The notes under the pieces were generated by a model, which was not told where the DNA came from, searched no databases, and was given only the letters and a program-made list of their open reading frames with translations. Source: a bacterium (lineage in GTDB: Bacteria > Bacteroidota > Bacteroidia > Bacteroidales > UBA932). Taken from it: a stretch of 64,000 bases of DNA. The position numbers and the translations under genes are program-made. Below, piece after piece: positions 21,427-30,655 of the stretch; position 1 is the stretch's first letter, and every line of letters begins with the position of its first letter. Location of the stretch: positions 10,304 through 74,303 of the forward strand of contig CAVAID010000001.1 of the NCBI GenBank assembly GCA_963588685.1, in the 5' to 3' direction.

Positions 21427-21878
21427 TATTGATTAAGTATATTTTTCACGATGCCCGAGATGACGCGGCCCTCGGCAAGACCTGCGAGCTCCCTGGTCGC
21501 CACGCCCATCACCTTGCCCATATCGGACGGCTTGGACGCGCCCACGCGGGCGATGATTTCACGGACCTTGTCTTCGACTTCGGCCTCGCTGAGCTGCTTT
21601 GGCAGATAGGTGTCGAGCACTGCGGCCTCGTTCAGCTCATTGTCCGCAAGCTCCTGCCTGCCCGCCGCCACATACTGTTCGGCGGCTTCCTTGCGCTGCT
21701 TGGCGAGTTTCTGGATGAGCTTCACTATATCGCTGTCGGTGAGTTCCTTGCTCCCGCCTTCGGAGGTCTTGGCCAGCAGAATAGCTGACTTGATGGAACG
21801 GACCGCGTTCAGACGGACGGTGTCCTTGGCCTTCATAGCGGCCATGATGTCTTTTTGAATCTGTGCTTCAAGTGCCAT
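21426..21878 (-). CDS. GatB/YqeY domain protein
   Basis: AMKAKD..RL, YLPKQLSE, DMGKVMG; ATG at 21878. Confidence 0.9.
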   Translation of the reverse strand: MALEAQIQKDIMAAMKAKDTVRLNAVRSIKSAILLAKTSEGGSKELTDSDIVKLIQKLAKQRKEAAEQYVAAGRQELADNELNEAAVLDTYLPKQLSEAEVEDKVREIIARVGASKPSDMGKVMGVATRELAGLAEGRVISGIVKNILNQ

Positions 21879-22003
21879 GGTAAAGAGATTTTTGAGAAAC
21901 ACAAATATACGAGAAAAATGACGATTGTTAAAGACTAAATCACTATATTTGTAACTGCGGCCCGAGCGGGCCGTGCCGTTATTTGTCAGATAAAGTACTA
22001 TAT

Positions 22004-23188
22004 ATGAAGAAAATCATCATCGCGGCGGCAATACTTTGCGCCAGCCTGAGCGCCTTCGCTCAGATGAAGTCCCCGGTAGCGGACCTCGACTACACCTTCA
22101 CCACCGTCAAGGCCAACCCTATCACCTCGGTCAAGAACCAGGCTTCCAGCGGCACCTGCTGGGCCTTCTCGACCATCAGTTTCTTCGAGTCTGAGGCCAT
22201 CCGTCTCGGAAACATCAAGGACACCCTCAAATATCCTGATTTCTCCGAATTCTTCGTGGTTTCCCACTCCTATATGGACAGGGCGGTGAAATATGTGCAG
22301 CTAGACGGCAACCTCACCTTCAGCGCAGGCTCTGAGGCCGATGACGTGCTGGACGTGATCAGGGACTACGGCATCGTGCCGAACGAGGAGATGACCGGCA
22401 TGAACTACGGCACTCCGCTCCCTAGGCAGAGCGAGCTCGACGCAGTGCTTCTCGGATACATCTCAGCCGTTGCGAAGAACCCTAACAGGACTCTCACCAC
22501 CGCGTGGAAGCCGGGCTTCAAGGCCATCCTCGACACCTATCTCGGAGCATGGCCGGAGAAGTTTACCGTTGACGGAAAGGAATATACCCCTGAGAGCTAC
22601 CGTGACGCGATGAAGATTGTGCCTGAGGACTATGTGACCCTCACTTCATTCACCCACCATCCGTTCTACACCTGGTTCCCTATCGAAGTCTGCGACAACT
22701 GGCGCTGGGATCAGGTATTCAACGTGCCTATAGACGAATTCATGTCAATCCTTGACAAAGCCATAATGGACGGTTATACCGTAGCCTGGGGCGCTGATGT
22801 AAGCCACGCCGGATTTACCCGTAACGGCCTCGGCATCCTCGTGGACGTAAAGGCCAGCACAGCCGGTTCCGACCAGGAGCACTGGGTAGGCAAGGAGGAG
22901 GGCAAACCTGCTCCTGTCACCATCGTTGAGAGCGTGCCGACCCAGGAGAGCCGTCAGGCAGAGTTCGACAACAAGACCATCACCGATGACCACGGAATGC
23001 AGATTTTCGGTATCGCCAGGGACCAGGACGGCAAGAAATATTATATGGTGAAGAACTCCTGGGGCGAGACCGGCAAATACAAGGGCATCTGGTATGTAAC
23101 CGAGGCCTTCGTCAAGAACCAGAGCATGGACTATATGATTCACAAGTCCGCGCTGCCTAAGGATCTCCGCAAGAAACTCGGCAAGTAA
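22004..23188 (+). CDS. C1-family cysteine aminopeptidase
   Basis: NQASSGTCW, DDHGM, VKNSWG; signal peptide. Confidence 0.9.
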   Translation: MKKIIIAAAILCASLSAFAQMKSPVADLDYTFTTVKANPITSVKNQASSGTCWAFSTISFFESEAIRLGNIKDTLKYPDFSEFFVVSHSYMDRAVKYVQLDGNLTFSAGSEADDVLDVIRDYGIVPNEEMTGMNYGTPLPRQSELDAVLLGYISAVAKNPNRTLTTAWKPGFKAILDTYLGAWPEKFTVDGKEYTPESYRDAMKIVPEDYVTLTSFTHHPFYTWFPIEVCDNWRWDQVFNVPIDEFMSILDKAIMDGYTVAWGADVSHAGFTRNGLGILVDVKASTAGSDQEHWVGKEEGKPAPVTIVESVPTQESRQAEFDNKTITDDHGMQIFGIARDQDGKKYYMVKNSWGETGKYKGIWYVTEAFVKNQSMDYMIHKSALPKDLRKKLGK

Positions 23189-23907
23189 TGGCCATAAGGA
23201 AATACATTCCCGACTTTATCACCTCGTTGAATATCGTCTGCGGTATCATCGGGGTGGTATTCGCGTTCAAGGGCAGGCTGGAGCCGGCCTTCCGGATGAT
23301 GATCGCCGCGGCCGTCTTCGACTTCCTCGACGGGCTCTGCGCCAGGGCGCTGGGCGCCTATTCGGACTTCGGCAAGGAGCTCGATTCGCTCTGCGATCTC
23401 GTCAGCTTCGGGGTGCTCCCGTCCGTGATGTGCTACACCCTGATGAAGACTCTCGCCTTCGGGGAAAGCATCGTATGCTGGATTCCGCTGGTGATGACGC
23501 TCGCAGCCGCTCTGCGGCTCGCCAAATTCAATGTGGATACTGCCCAGGCGGATTCGTTCCTCGGACTGCCCGTGCCTGCAAGCGCCCTGCTCTGCGGCTC
23601 GCTCTGCTGCTATGTCTGCCACGACCCGGCCTGCTTCCTTGCTACCTGGGCTGCCGGCCCGATCTTCATCCCGATTCTTGCTCTCTGCCTCAGTGCGCTG
23701 ATGCTCAGTAGGATACCGATGTTCTCATTCAAGTTCCACAAGGATGACGCACAGACGCTCCGCAGCAAGCGGCTCGCTTTCGTGTTCATCATTATCGCTG
23801 CCGTGCTCGTCTGCGTCCTCTGCCGTCTGCACTGGTCGCTCGCTGTGCTGCTGAGCTTCATCTGCTACATACTCAAGAATATAGTTTACGCAATAGCAAG
23901 GATATGA
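23188..23907 (+). CDS. CDP-alcohol phosphatidyltransferase (PssA-like)
   Basis: DFLDG..AR......GKELDSLCDLVSFG, RLAKFN, FLGLPVP. Confidence 0.88.
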   Translation: MAIRKYIPDFITSLNIVCGIIGVVFAFKGRLEPAFRMMIAAAVFDFLDGLCARALGAYSDFGKELDSLCDLVSFGVLPSVMCYTLMKTLAFGESIVCWIPLVMTLAAALRLAKFNVDTAQADSFLGLPVPASALLCGSLCCYVCHDPACFLATWAAGPIFIPILALCLSALMLSRIPMFSFKFHKDDAQTLRSKRLAFVFIIIAAVLVCVLCRLHWSLAVLLSFICYILKNIVYAIARI

Positions 23908-25013
23908 GGGCTGCGCATCTGAGTCTGACGCTTGTATGTATGGGAGCGGCGCTGCTGCTGGTTTCCTGCCGCAGGACGGCAGTGGAGCGCAGGCCGACCA
24001 TCCCTTATGTGCGCACGATACTCGCTTCCAAGAACGGCCCCGAGCTGGCCGTGCTGAAGCGCTGCGCCGCGCCTCGCGTCACAGATGACATCTCCATAAT
24101 AGGCCCTGTGGGGGTCTGCGAGCGCTTCTCCGAGAGGTTCGCCCTCTACGACCGCAGGGACAATGTTGACGGCAGGTACAGCTCCGACGGACTGCCGGAC
24201 TTCGCGGGGGAGAGCCTCGTCTGCATAGAGGACGATGTGCTCGCGGCCGTCCCATCCGACAGCGCCGGCATCGCCAATCTCCGCGAGAAGACGGTCCGGG
24301 AGGTGCTCTGCGCCCTTGATACAGCCCTGCACATCAGCCCGTATGACCTGGAGGGGCTTAGCTCCAAGAAGTCATCCAAGATGATAGTGCTCGCAGGAGC
24401 CAACATCAGCCGCTACGGCCTCTTCGACGCGGATACGCTTTTCAGAAGCAGCGGCTGCGGCATCACACTTTTCTCGCCGCTTAACCTTGCTCTCGACAAG
24501 GTCCTCGCTTCGGAGCGCAGGCTCCTCAATGTGGGCATAATCTACGACAGTTCAGTGTCTTCCGGAGAGATTTATCAGGAGATTTTCGCGCTCAGGGCGG
24601 CAGAGACCGGCCACGCCGGCTCGCTCTGCTATGCTATGCCGTCTGAAGGCTGCGACAGCCTTATGCACTCTCTTGTCCGCTCCTACCTCGAGACGGGGCA
24701 CGGCAGCGCACTCGATGCAGTCATCGTGGATGACCTCTCCGTGGATGTCGAGTCCCTGAAGAACGAGCTTGCCGGGATGGTCTCCATAATGAACGAAAGC
24801 TCAATGACCTACGGCCGTCTTATCTCCAAGGACTTCACGGTAGTGGACTCCTTCGACGAGACTGCTGTGGCGCTTTACGAAATGCTCAGAAAGCACAACC
24901 TTTTCACTCACAATATAGCAAAACCTCAGGTCGTGACCTGCAAACCGGTGGCGAAGCCGGAAGCGGGGGACGCTTCAATCATCCTGATACCAGGTTCTTA
25001 TGTTCAAAATTAG
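23904..25013 (+). CDS. Lipoprotein, possible Asp/Glu-racemase-like fold lacking catalytic Cys
   Basis: LVSC lipobox; DGLPDFAGE and KMIVLA segments resemble Bacteroidales racemase-like proteins (from recollection). Confidence 0.45.
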   Translation: MRAAHLSLTLVCMGAALLLVSCRRTAVERRPTIPYVRTILASKNGPELAVLKRCAAPRVTDDISIIGPVGVCERFSERFALYDRRDNVDGRYSSDGLPDFAGESLVCIEDDVLAAVPSDSAGIANLREKTVREVLCALDTALHISPYDLEGLSSKKSSKMIVLAGANISRYGLFDADTLFRSSGCGITLFSPLNLALDKVLASERRLLNVGIIYDSSVSSGEIYQEIFALRAAETGHAGSLCYAMPSEGCDSLMHSLVRSYLETGHGSALDAVIVDDLSVDVESLKNELAGMVSIMNESSMTYGRLISKDFTVVDSFDETAVALYEMLRKHNLFTHNIAKPQVVTCKPVAKPEAGDASIILIPGSYVQN

Positions 25014-25665
25014 CATACTTCCGGAAGAAATAGAGAAATTGCCTGCAGGGTCTTTCCCGGGCGAAATACATATAATAGAAAAGACAGGGCTGGAATATGC
25101 CAAGGCGATAGCCTACCTTATGACCCAGAAGGTCATCGGTTTCGATACCGAGACCCGGCCGGTCTTCTCGGCCAATATGCCGCACCACCATGTGGCGCTG
25201 CTTCAGCTCTCTGGCGCGGACAAGGCTTACCTCTTCAGAGTCAATAAATTGGGTATGCGCCGCCTGATGTGCGCCGTGCTCTCCAACCCGAATATAATCA
25301 AGGTCGGAGCAGCCGTCAAGGACGATGTGCGCGGACTCCAGCACTACGCCAGGTTCGAGGGCCGCAACTTCGTCGATCTCCAGAAGATAGGCTGCGAGTG
25401 GGGCATACGCGACAAGAGCGTCAAGAAGATGTCGGCCATCATACTCGGCTGCCGCATCTCCAAGACCCAGCAGCTCTCCAACTGGGAAGCCGCCGAGCTC
25501 TCCGCAGCGCAGCAGATGTACGCCGCCACCGATGCGTGGATATGCCGCGAGATGTATCTCAAGCTCCTCAAGTCGGAGAAGAATCCTCTGACCCCTGAGC
25601 AGATGAACCCTAACCCTGTCCAAAACCCTCCGAAAAATGATAAGAGTAATACTGAAAAGAGGTAG
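25000..25665 (+). CDS. DEDDy 3'-5' exonuclease (RNase D/WRN-like)
   Basis: IGFDTET, LLQL, SNWE..LS..Q..YAATDAW. Confidence 0.9.
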   Translation: MFKISILPEEIEKLPAGSFPGEIHIIEKTGLEYAKAIAYLMTQKVIGFDTETRPVFSANMPHHHVALLQLSGADKAYLFRVNKLGMRRLMCAVLSNPNIIKVGAAVKDDVRGLQHYARFEGRNFVDLQKIGCEWGIRDKSVKKMSAIILGCRISKTQQLSNWEAAELSAAQQMYAATDAWICREMYLKLLKSEKNPLTPEQMNPNPVQNPPKNDKSNTEKR

Positions 25666-26836
25666 GGACGAGTCGCTCCGCCGCTTCCATCCCTGGGTAT
25701 TCAGCGGCGCAGTCGCCACCATCCAGGGTAGTCCCGCCGAAGGGGATGTTGTGGCTGTGTATAGCGCTGAGGGACAATATCTTGCCGCCGGTCACTACCA
25801 GATTGGCTCCATTGCTGTGAGGATACTTTCCTTTGACGAGGACCCTACGGCTCCGGATTTCTGGAAAAATTCTCTCGCCAAGGCCGTGGAGATGCGCCGC
25901 GCAGTGGGTCTGGACTGCTTCGCTGAGTCCGATACCAACTGCTTCCGACTCGTGCACGGGGAGGGGGACGGACTGCCGGGCCTCATAATCGACTGGTACG
26001 ACGGAGTCTGCGTGCTTCAGGCACATTCGGTCGGGATGTTCCGCTCCAAGGCTCAGATATGCTCCGCCCTCAAGGAAGTGCTTGGAGATGCTCTCAAGGC
26101 AGTATATGACAAGAGTTCAGGTACGGCTCCGTTCAAGGCAGGGCTCGAACTGGTGGACGGTTACCTCTACCGCCGGGAGGGCTTTGAAGCGTCCGAGACT
26201 GCCGTCTGCGAGAACGGAAGGAAATTCATAGTCAACTGGGAGGAGGGGCAGAAGACCGGCTTCTTCCTCGACCAGAGGGACAACCGCGCGCTCGTGGGCA
26301 AATATGCCGCAGGGCGCAGCGTACTCAATCTTTTCTGCTATACCGGTGGCTTTAGCGTCTATGCCCTGACGGGCGGGGCGAAGAGCGTGGATTCGGTGGA
26401 TTCCTCCGCCAAGGCCATCGCCCTCGCCGACAGGAACCTAGCTCTCAACGGCTGCGACAGCGCCCTTTGGCACAACCACTGCACCGACGCCATAGAGTTC
26501 CTCGGCAAATGCGATGAGGGGAAGTATGACCTTATGATAGTGGATCCGCCTGCATTCGCGAAGCACCGTGATGCTCTGCGCAACGCTCTCCGAGCCTACC
26601 AGAGGCTCAACGCCGCCGCCATCTCCAAGGTGGCTCCCGGCGGGCTCGTGTTCACTTTCAGCTGCTCGCAGGTGGTGGACAAGATTACCTTCGCCAACAC
26701 CGTATTCTCCGCCGCCGCCCAGAGCGGACGCCGTGTGCGGATAATAGACCGCTTCTGCCAGGGCTCGGATCACCCTGTCAGCATCTATCATCCTGAAGGA
26801 GAATATCTTAAAGGACTTCTGCTCTACGTGGAGTAG
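25637..26836 (+). CDS. rlmI: RlmI-family rRNA m5C methyltransferase
   Basis: HPWVFSG, GEGDGLPGL, GQKTGFFLDQR, DPPAF, FSCS. Confidence 0.85.
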   Translation: MIRVILKRGRDESLRRFHPWVFSGAVATIQGSPAEGDVVAVYSAEGQYLAAGHYQIGSIAVRILSFDEDPTAPDFWKNSLAKAVEMRRAVGLDCFAESDTNCFRLVHGEGDGLPGLIIDWYDGVCVLQAHSVGMFRSKAQICSALKEVLGDALKAVYDKSSGTAPFKAGLELVDGYLYRREGFEASETAVCENGRKFIVNWEEGQKTGFFLDQRDNRALVGKYAAGRSVLNLFCYTGGFSVYALTGGAKSVDSVDSSAKAIALADRNLALNGCDSALWHNHCTDAIEFLGKCDEGKYDLMIVDPPAFAKHRDALRNALRAYQRLNAAAISKVAPGGLVFTFSCSQVVDKITFANTVFSAAAQSGRRVRIIDRFCQGSDHPVSIYHPEGEYLKGLLLYVE

Positions 26837-26838
26837 GG

Positions 26839-28062
26839 TTACTGCTCCGCGTTTATAAGCTCCAGCAGGCGGTCAATCGCCTCGCTGTCGGGCACATGCC
26901 TGAGCACCGGTTCTCCCTTTCTGTAGATGGAGACCCTGCCTCCGCCTTCGCCCACATAGCCCCAGTCGGCATCGGCCATCTCGCCGGGGCCGTTGACTAT
27001 GCATCCCATCACGGCTATGACCATTCCCTTGAGGTGGGAGGTGCGCGCCTTGACTTCCTCGAATGTCTTCTGGAGGTCGTACATCGTGCGCCCGCAGCCC
27101 GGGCAGGCGATGTATTCCGGCTTGTAGAAGCGGCGTCGCGCGGCCTGCATTATCTCGTCCTTTAGGTATTCGGAGAGTCCGGCGCTGTCGGGGATGGAGT
27201 CTATCTCCCTGCGGAGAAGTTTCGGACCCCACTGCACCGCTGCCTTGAGGGTTTCGTCTCCGCCCTCGCCGGTAGCGAGGAAGCGTGCCACAGGAAGTTC
27301 GGCCACGGGCGGCTCGGTAAGGGATACGCGTATGGTGTCGCCGATGCCCTCCTGGAGCAGCGCGGCAATCCCGACGCAGGACTTGATGCGCCCGCTGTCG
27401 CCGTTGCCGGCTTCCGTAACTCCCAGGTGCAGAGGGAATACCGTACCGGCGCTCTGCATCATCGCCACGAGCTCCCGGTATGCCTCGGTCATCACTATGG
27501 TATTGCTCGCCTTGAGTGAAACCACCACATTGTAGAACTTGGCATCGGTGCACATCTTCACCCATTCCATAGCGGCCTGCGCCATCGCGTGCGGGGTGTT
27601 GCCGTAGAGGTTGGTGATGTAGGAGCCGAGCGAGCCGTGGTTAAGGCCTATGCGGATTGCAGTGCCGTGGGCACGGCATACTTCTATGAAGCGGGCGAAT
27701 TCCTCGCGGGCCTTGGCGTGGTCAGGATGAAAGTTGCCCGGGTTGATGCGGACCTTCTCCACAACTTCTGCCGCGGCAATCGCGGTTTGGGAGGAGAAAT
27801 GTATGTCGGCGACCAGGGGAGTGCTGCACCCTGCTGCGCGCAGCCTGGCCTTGATCTCCTTGAGATGGGGGATGTCCTGCAGGCCCGGCACCGTGATGCG
27901 TATCAGTTGCGAGCCCGCCGCGGCGAGTTCGAGGCACTGAGCCACCGTCGCCTCCACATCGGAGGTGTGGGTATTGCACATCGTCTGTATAACGATAGGG
28001 TTGTCGCCCCCGATGACGAGGGAATCACCTACTTTTACCGGAATCGTCCTGAGCCTTTCCAT
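26839..28062 (-). CDS. ispG: 4-hydroxy-3-methylbut-2-en-1-yl diphosphate synthase (short form)
   Basis: PLVADIHF, RINPGN, HLGVTEAG, GDTIRVSLT, CPGCGR..GCIVNGPGE. Confidence 0.95.
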   Translation of the reverse strand: MERLRTIPVKVGDSLVIGGDNPIVIQTMCNTHTSDVEATVAQCLELAAAGSQLIRITVPGLQDIPHLKEIKARLRAAGCSTPLVADIHFSSQTAIAAAEVVEKVRINPGNFHPDHAKAREEFARFIEVCRAHGTAIRIGLNHGSLGSYITNLYGNTPHAMAQAAMEWVKMCTDAKFYNVVVSLKASNTIVMTEAYRELVAMMQSAGTVFPLHLGVTEAGNGDSGRIKSCVGIAALLQEGIGDTIRVSLTEPPVAELPVARFLATGEGGDETLKAAVQWGPKLLRREIDSIPDSAGLSEYLKDEIMQAARRRFYKPEYIACPGCGRTMYDLQKTFEEVKARTSHLKGMVIAVMGCIVNGPGEMADADWGYVGEGGGRVSIYRKGEPVLRHVPDSEAIDRLLELINAEQ

Positions 28063-28867
28063 ATACTATATTGTATGCTTCCTGTTTGATTTCTTTGCGG
28101 GTCTTGCCGTTGCGTTTGGAGAGCTGGAAATGCAGCCCCACCGTGGCGATGATGTCCAGAGGGTAGGCGTAGCGGTAGTAGTAGCTGCTGTTGTAGTCCG
28201 GGTCATACAGATTGGACCAGGACCAGCGCAGCAGGCAGTTGAAGTGTATCTCCACCGGGTCGAACATCAGCGCGAAGCCCACTCCGCCCTGGAATCCGTA
28301 GTCGAGCTGGTGCTCGTAGGTGCGGAATTTGTCGGTCCATTCCGGGTTGAGATTCGGGCCGGAACGCTTGATGCTGCGCCTGTAACCTCCATATACTCCG
28401 GCGTTTGCCATTATTTTGCCGGGGTCGAAGTCCGCGTGGATCTGCATCATGGCGGGGACTTCCACCACCTGCATAGAGCACCAGGTCGCCCCATCCACAT
28501 CCGCTGAATTGCCGGTCTCCTTGTCGGCGCGGAAGGTGTATCCCTCGTTGCCCATTGCGGCACCCAGCACCAGAGCGAAGTACGGCAGGTTGTCGAAGAG
28601 CTTGCTGAATTTGGTGTAGGTCACGGAGATATAATTCGGCGCGAAGACATAGCTGCGGTTGTGCTTGCTCGGGCTGAAGTAGGTGTTGGAGAAGGTCACG
28701 CCGTAGTTGACCCCGATCAGGGAGTAGTCGTTGATGAGGCGCTTCTTGACCACGACCGTAGTGTCGAGGGTGAGCGCCGGGTCAGCGGTGGCGCTGTCCT
28801 GTGCCGATGCCGCAAGAACTGTGGCCAGGAGGCCGAAAATCAGTATGCAGAGTCTTTTCGCTTTCAT
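28025..28867 (-). CDS. Outer-membrane beta-barrel (porin-family) protein
   Basis: Signal peptide; alternating aromatic/Gly strands (DYGFQGGVGF, TVGLHFQL). Confidence 0.6.
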   Translation of the reverse strand: MKAKRLCILIFGLLATVLAASAQDSATADPALTLDTTVVVKKRLINDYSLIGVNYGVTFSNTYFSPSKHNRSYVFAPNYISVTYTKFSKLFDNLPYFALVLGAAMGNEGYTFRADKETGNSADVDGATWCSMQVVEVPAMMQIHADFDPGKIMANAGVYGGYRRSIKRSGPNLNPEWTDKFRTYEHQLDYGFQGGVGFALMFDPVEIHFNCLLRWSWSNLYDPDYNSSYYYRYAYPLDIIATVGLHFQLSKRNGKTRKEIKQEAYNIVYGKAQDDSGKSR

Positions 28868-30651
28868 TTGAAGAGTTCGCTGAGGTTGATGGTCTGGCTG
28901 AGTTCGGCTCCGGACGGGATGTCGAGGAACTTGTTTCCGTCCTGCTCGTAGAAGCGCACCTTCTCCGGCTGCTTATGGCCCAGTATCGAGCCCGAATCCA
29001 CTATGGAGTTGCGGTTGCTGTCCTCCGTGATGCGGATGCAGTATTTGCCTTCGCTAAGGTAAGGGAAGGACAGAGTCCTGTCTGAATCAATCACATAGGA
29101 GCGGAGCACCTTGTCCCGCTTCTCGCCCATAAGGTCCACGATGTACTTCCCGTCCACGCCGGTCATCACCGCCTCGAGGGTGCTGAGCTTCTCGTCGGTA
29201 GGGAGCTTGCACTTGACTTCCAGGCTGTCGGACCAGAATCCGTTGATGTCGCGGAAGGCCCGGTAAGGCAGCTTGACTATGTATTCGTATCCCGGGAGGA
29301 GCTTGTCCTTCTGGCGGATTACATATTTTCGGAGATTGGTGCTGTCCCTTTCCACGCTGAACTCCATCTCCTGCTCGGTCTGGCGAGGGGTGATGGCGGT
29401 GAACTTGACGGAGTCGAATTCCTCCCGGATTATCGGGTTGCGGAATTCCAGCTCGAAGCCGTTCTGCTCCACTGTCTTAGGGTCGGCCTTGAGAGTGAGC
29501 ACGCAGGTGGTGTCCTCCTGCTTGATGGACTTGCGGGAGCGCTTGGAATAGGTGCGCTTTTCGTTGGCGAGGGCCAGCTTGACCTGCTCGGTTTCGGGCC
29601 TGAGCACGCCGAGGGAGTCGGTCTTGAGATAGGTGACGGCTATCTTCATCGTGTCCGGCGCGGCGCGGCGGGAGTTGATCCAGAGCTCAAGGCTGTCCCG
29701 CTCGATGTTGAACTGGCTGATTATCTGTGACTGGCGGTAGTCATTGATGGTGATGGAGTCGATGACCGCGTCATGGGCCATGAAGGTGAGGTAGGCGGAG
29801 CGCTCGGAAGTGCGCTCCTTATTGACCATATACTGCTTGGACGGCTTCTCCCTGAAGAGGTTGAGCTCGTGCTCGCTGCGCCTCGCAAGGCAGGCCAGGG
29901 TGTCCTTCATGTCGTAGCGGAGGATTTCCTTGACGCTGTCGTTGGCAGTCAGCACCGGCTTTATCAGTGAATCTATGAATCCCACCAGCTCGGTCTCGGG
30001 GTTGAAGATATTGTCGTTGTCCTTGTCGGTGATGGCGTAGAGGCGGTAGGTCGTGTCCTTGATGAACGGCAGGGCGAAGAAGCCCCAGTCGTCGGTCTTG
30101 ACGGCTGCGTAAGGGCGGCTGCGGTAGATGGCGGAGTCCGCGAGGTCGGTGTGCAGCAGCACCGTGGCCCCCTTGACCGGGGCGAGGGTGTTGCAGTCCT
30201 GCACCGTGCCCGTAATCATCATTGAGTCAATGCTTTCCCCGGTAGAGAACACATAGGTGTAGCCGGCGAACATATTGCCTTCGTTGGCGTCGGCGATGGC
30301 GTCGGTGAAGCTGATGGTGTAGGTGGTGTTCGGCTCAAGAGGCTCTTCGGCACTGACTATCAGGTTCTTGCCTCTAAGCCTGGACTTGAGCGGCTTCTGC
30401 TGCGGAGGGGAGAGGAAGATGTTGTTGCTCTGCTTGATGGTGACGTATTCGTTGAATTTGAACACGAACTTCGCCCCCTCCAGCGGCACTCCCACGGCGC
30501 CCGGAAGCGGATTGATGTCCACTATGTAAGGGGGAATGGTGTCCTTGTCGCCGCCGGTAGGGGACTGGGTGGTGTTGGCGCAGGAATGCGTGAACATCAT
30601 CGGGACGAATACGGCGAGCACGGCCAGGCAGAGCGGTATAAATCTTTTCAT
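28864..30651 (-). CDS. Lipoprotein with Ig-like (Big_5-type) domain
   Basis: Start at MKRFIPL (30651); HSCA...PTGGDKDTIPP, FNEY, LEPNTTYTI.F..AIAD.NEGN. Confidence 0.8.
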   Translation of the reverse strand: MKRFIPLCLAVLAVFVPMMFTHSCANTTQSPTGGDKDTIPPYIVDINPLPGAVGVPLEGAKFVFKFNEYVTIKQSNNIFLSPPQQKPLKSRLRGKNLIVSAEEPLEPNTTYTISFTDAIADANEGNMFAGYTYVFSTGESIDSMMITGTVQDCNTLAPVKGATVLLHTDLADSAIYRSRPYAAVKTDDWGFFALPFIKDTTYRLYAITDKDNDNIFNPETELVGFIDSLIKPVLTANDSVKEILRYDMKDTLACLARRSEHELNLFREKPSKQYMVNKERTSERSAYLTFMAHDAVIDSITINDYRQSQIISQFNIERDSLELWINSRRAAPDTMKIAVTYLKTDSLGVLRPETEQVKLALANEKRTYSKRSRKSIKQEDTTCVLTLKADPKTVEQNGFELEFRNPIIREEFDSVKFTAITPRQTEQEMEFSVERDSTNLRKYVIRQKDKLLPGYEYIVKLPYRAFRDINGFWSDSLEVKCKLPTDEKLSTLEAVMTGVDGKYIVDLMGEKRDKVLRSYVIDSDRTLSFPYLSEGKYCIRITEDSNRNSIVDSGSILGHKQPEKVRFYEQDGNKFLDIPSGAELSQTINLSELFK

Positions 30652-30655
30652 CGCG

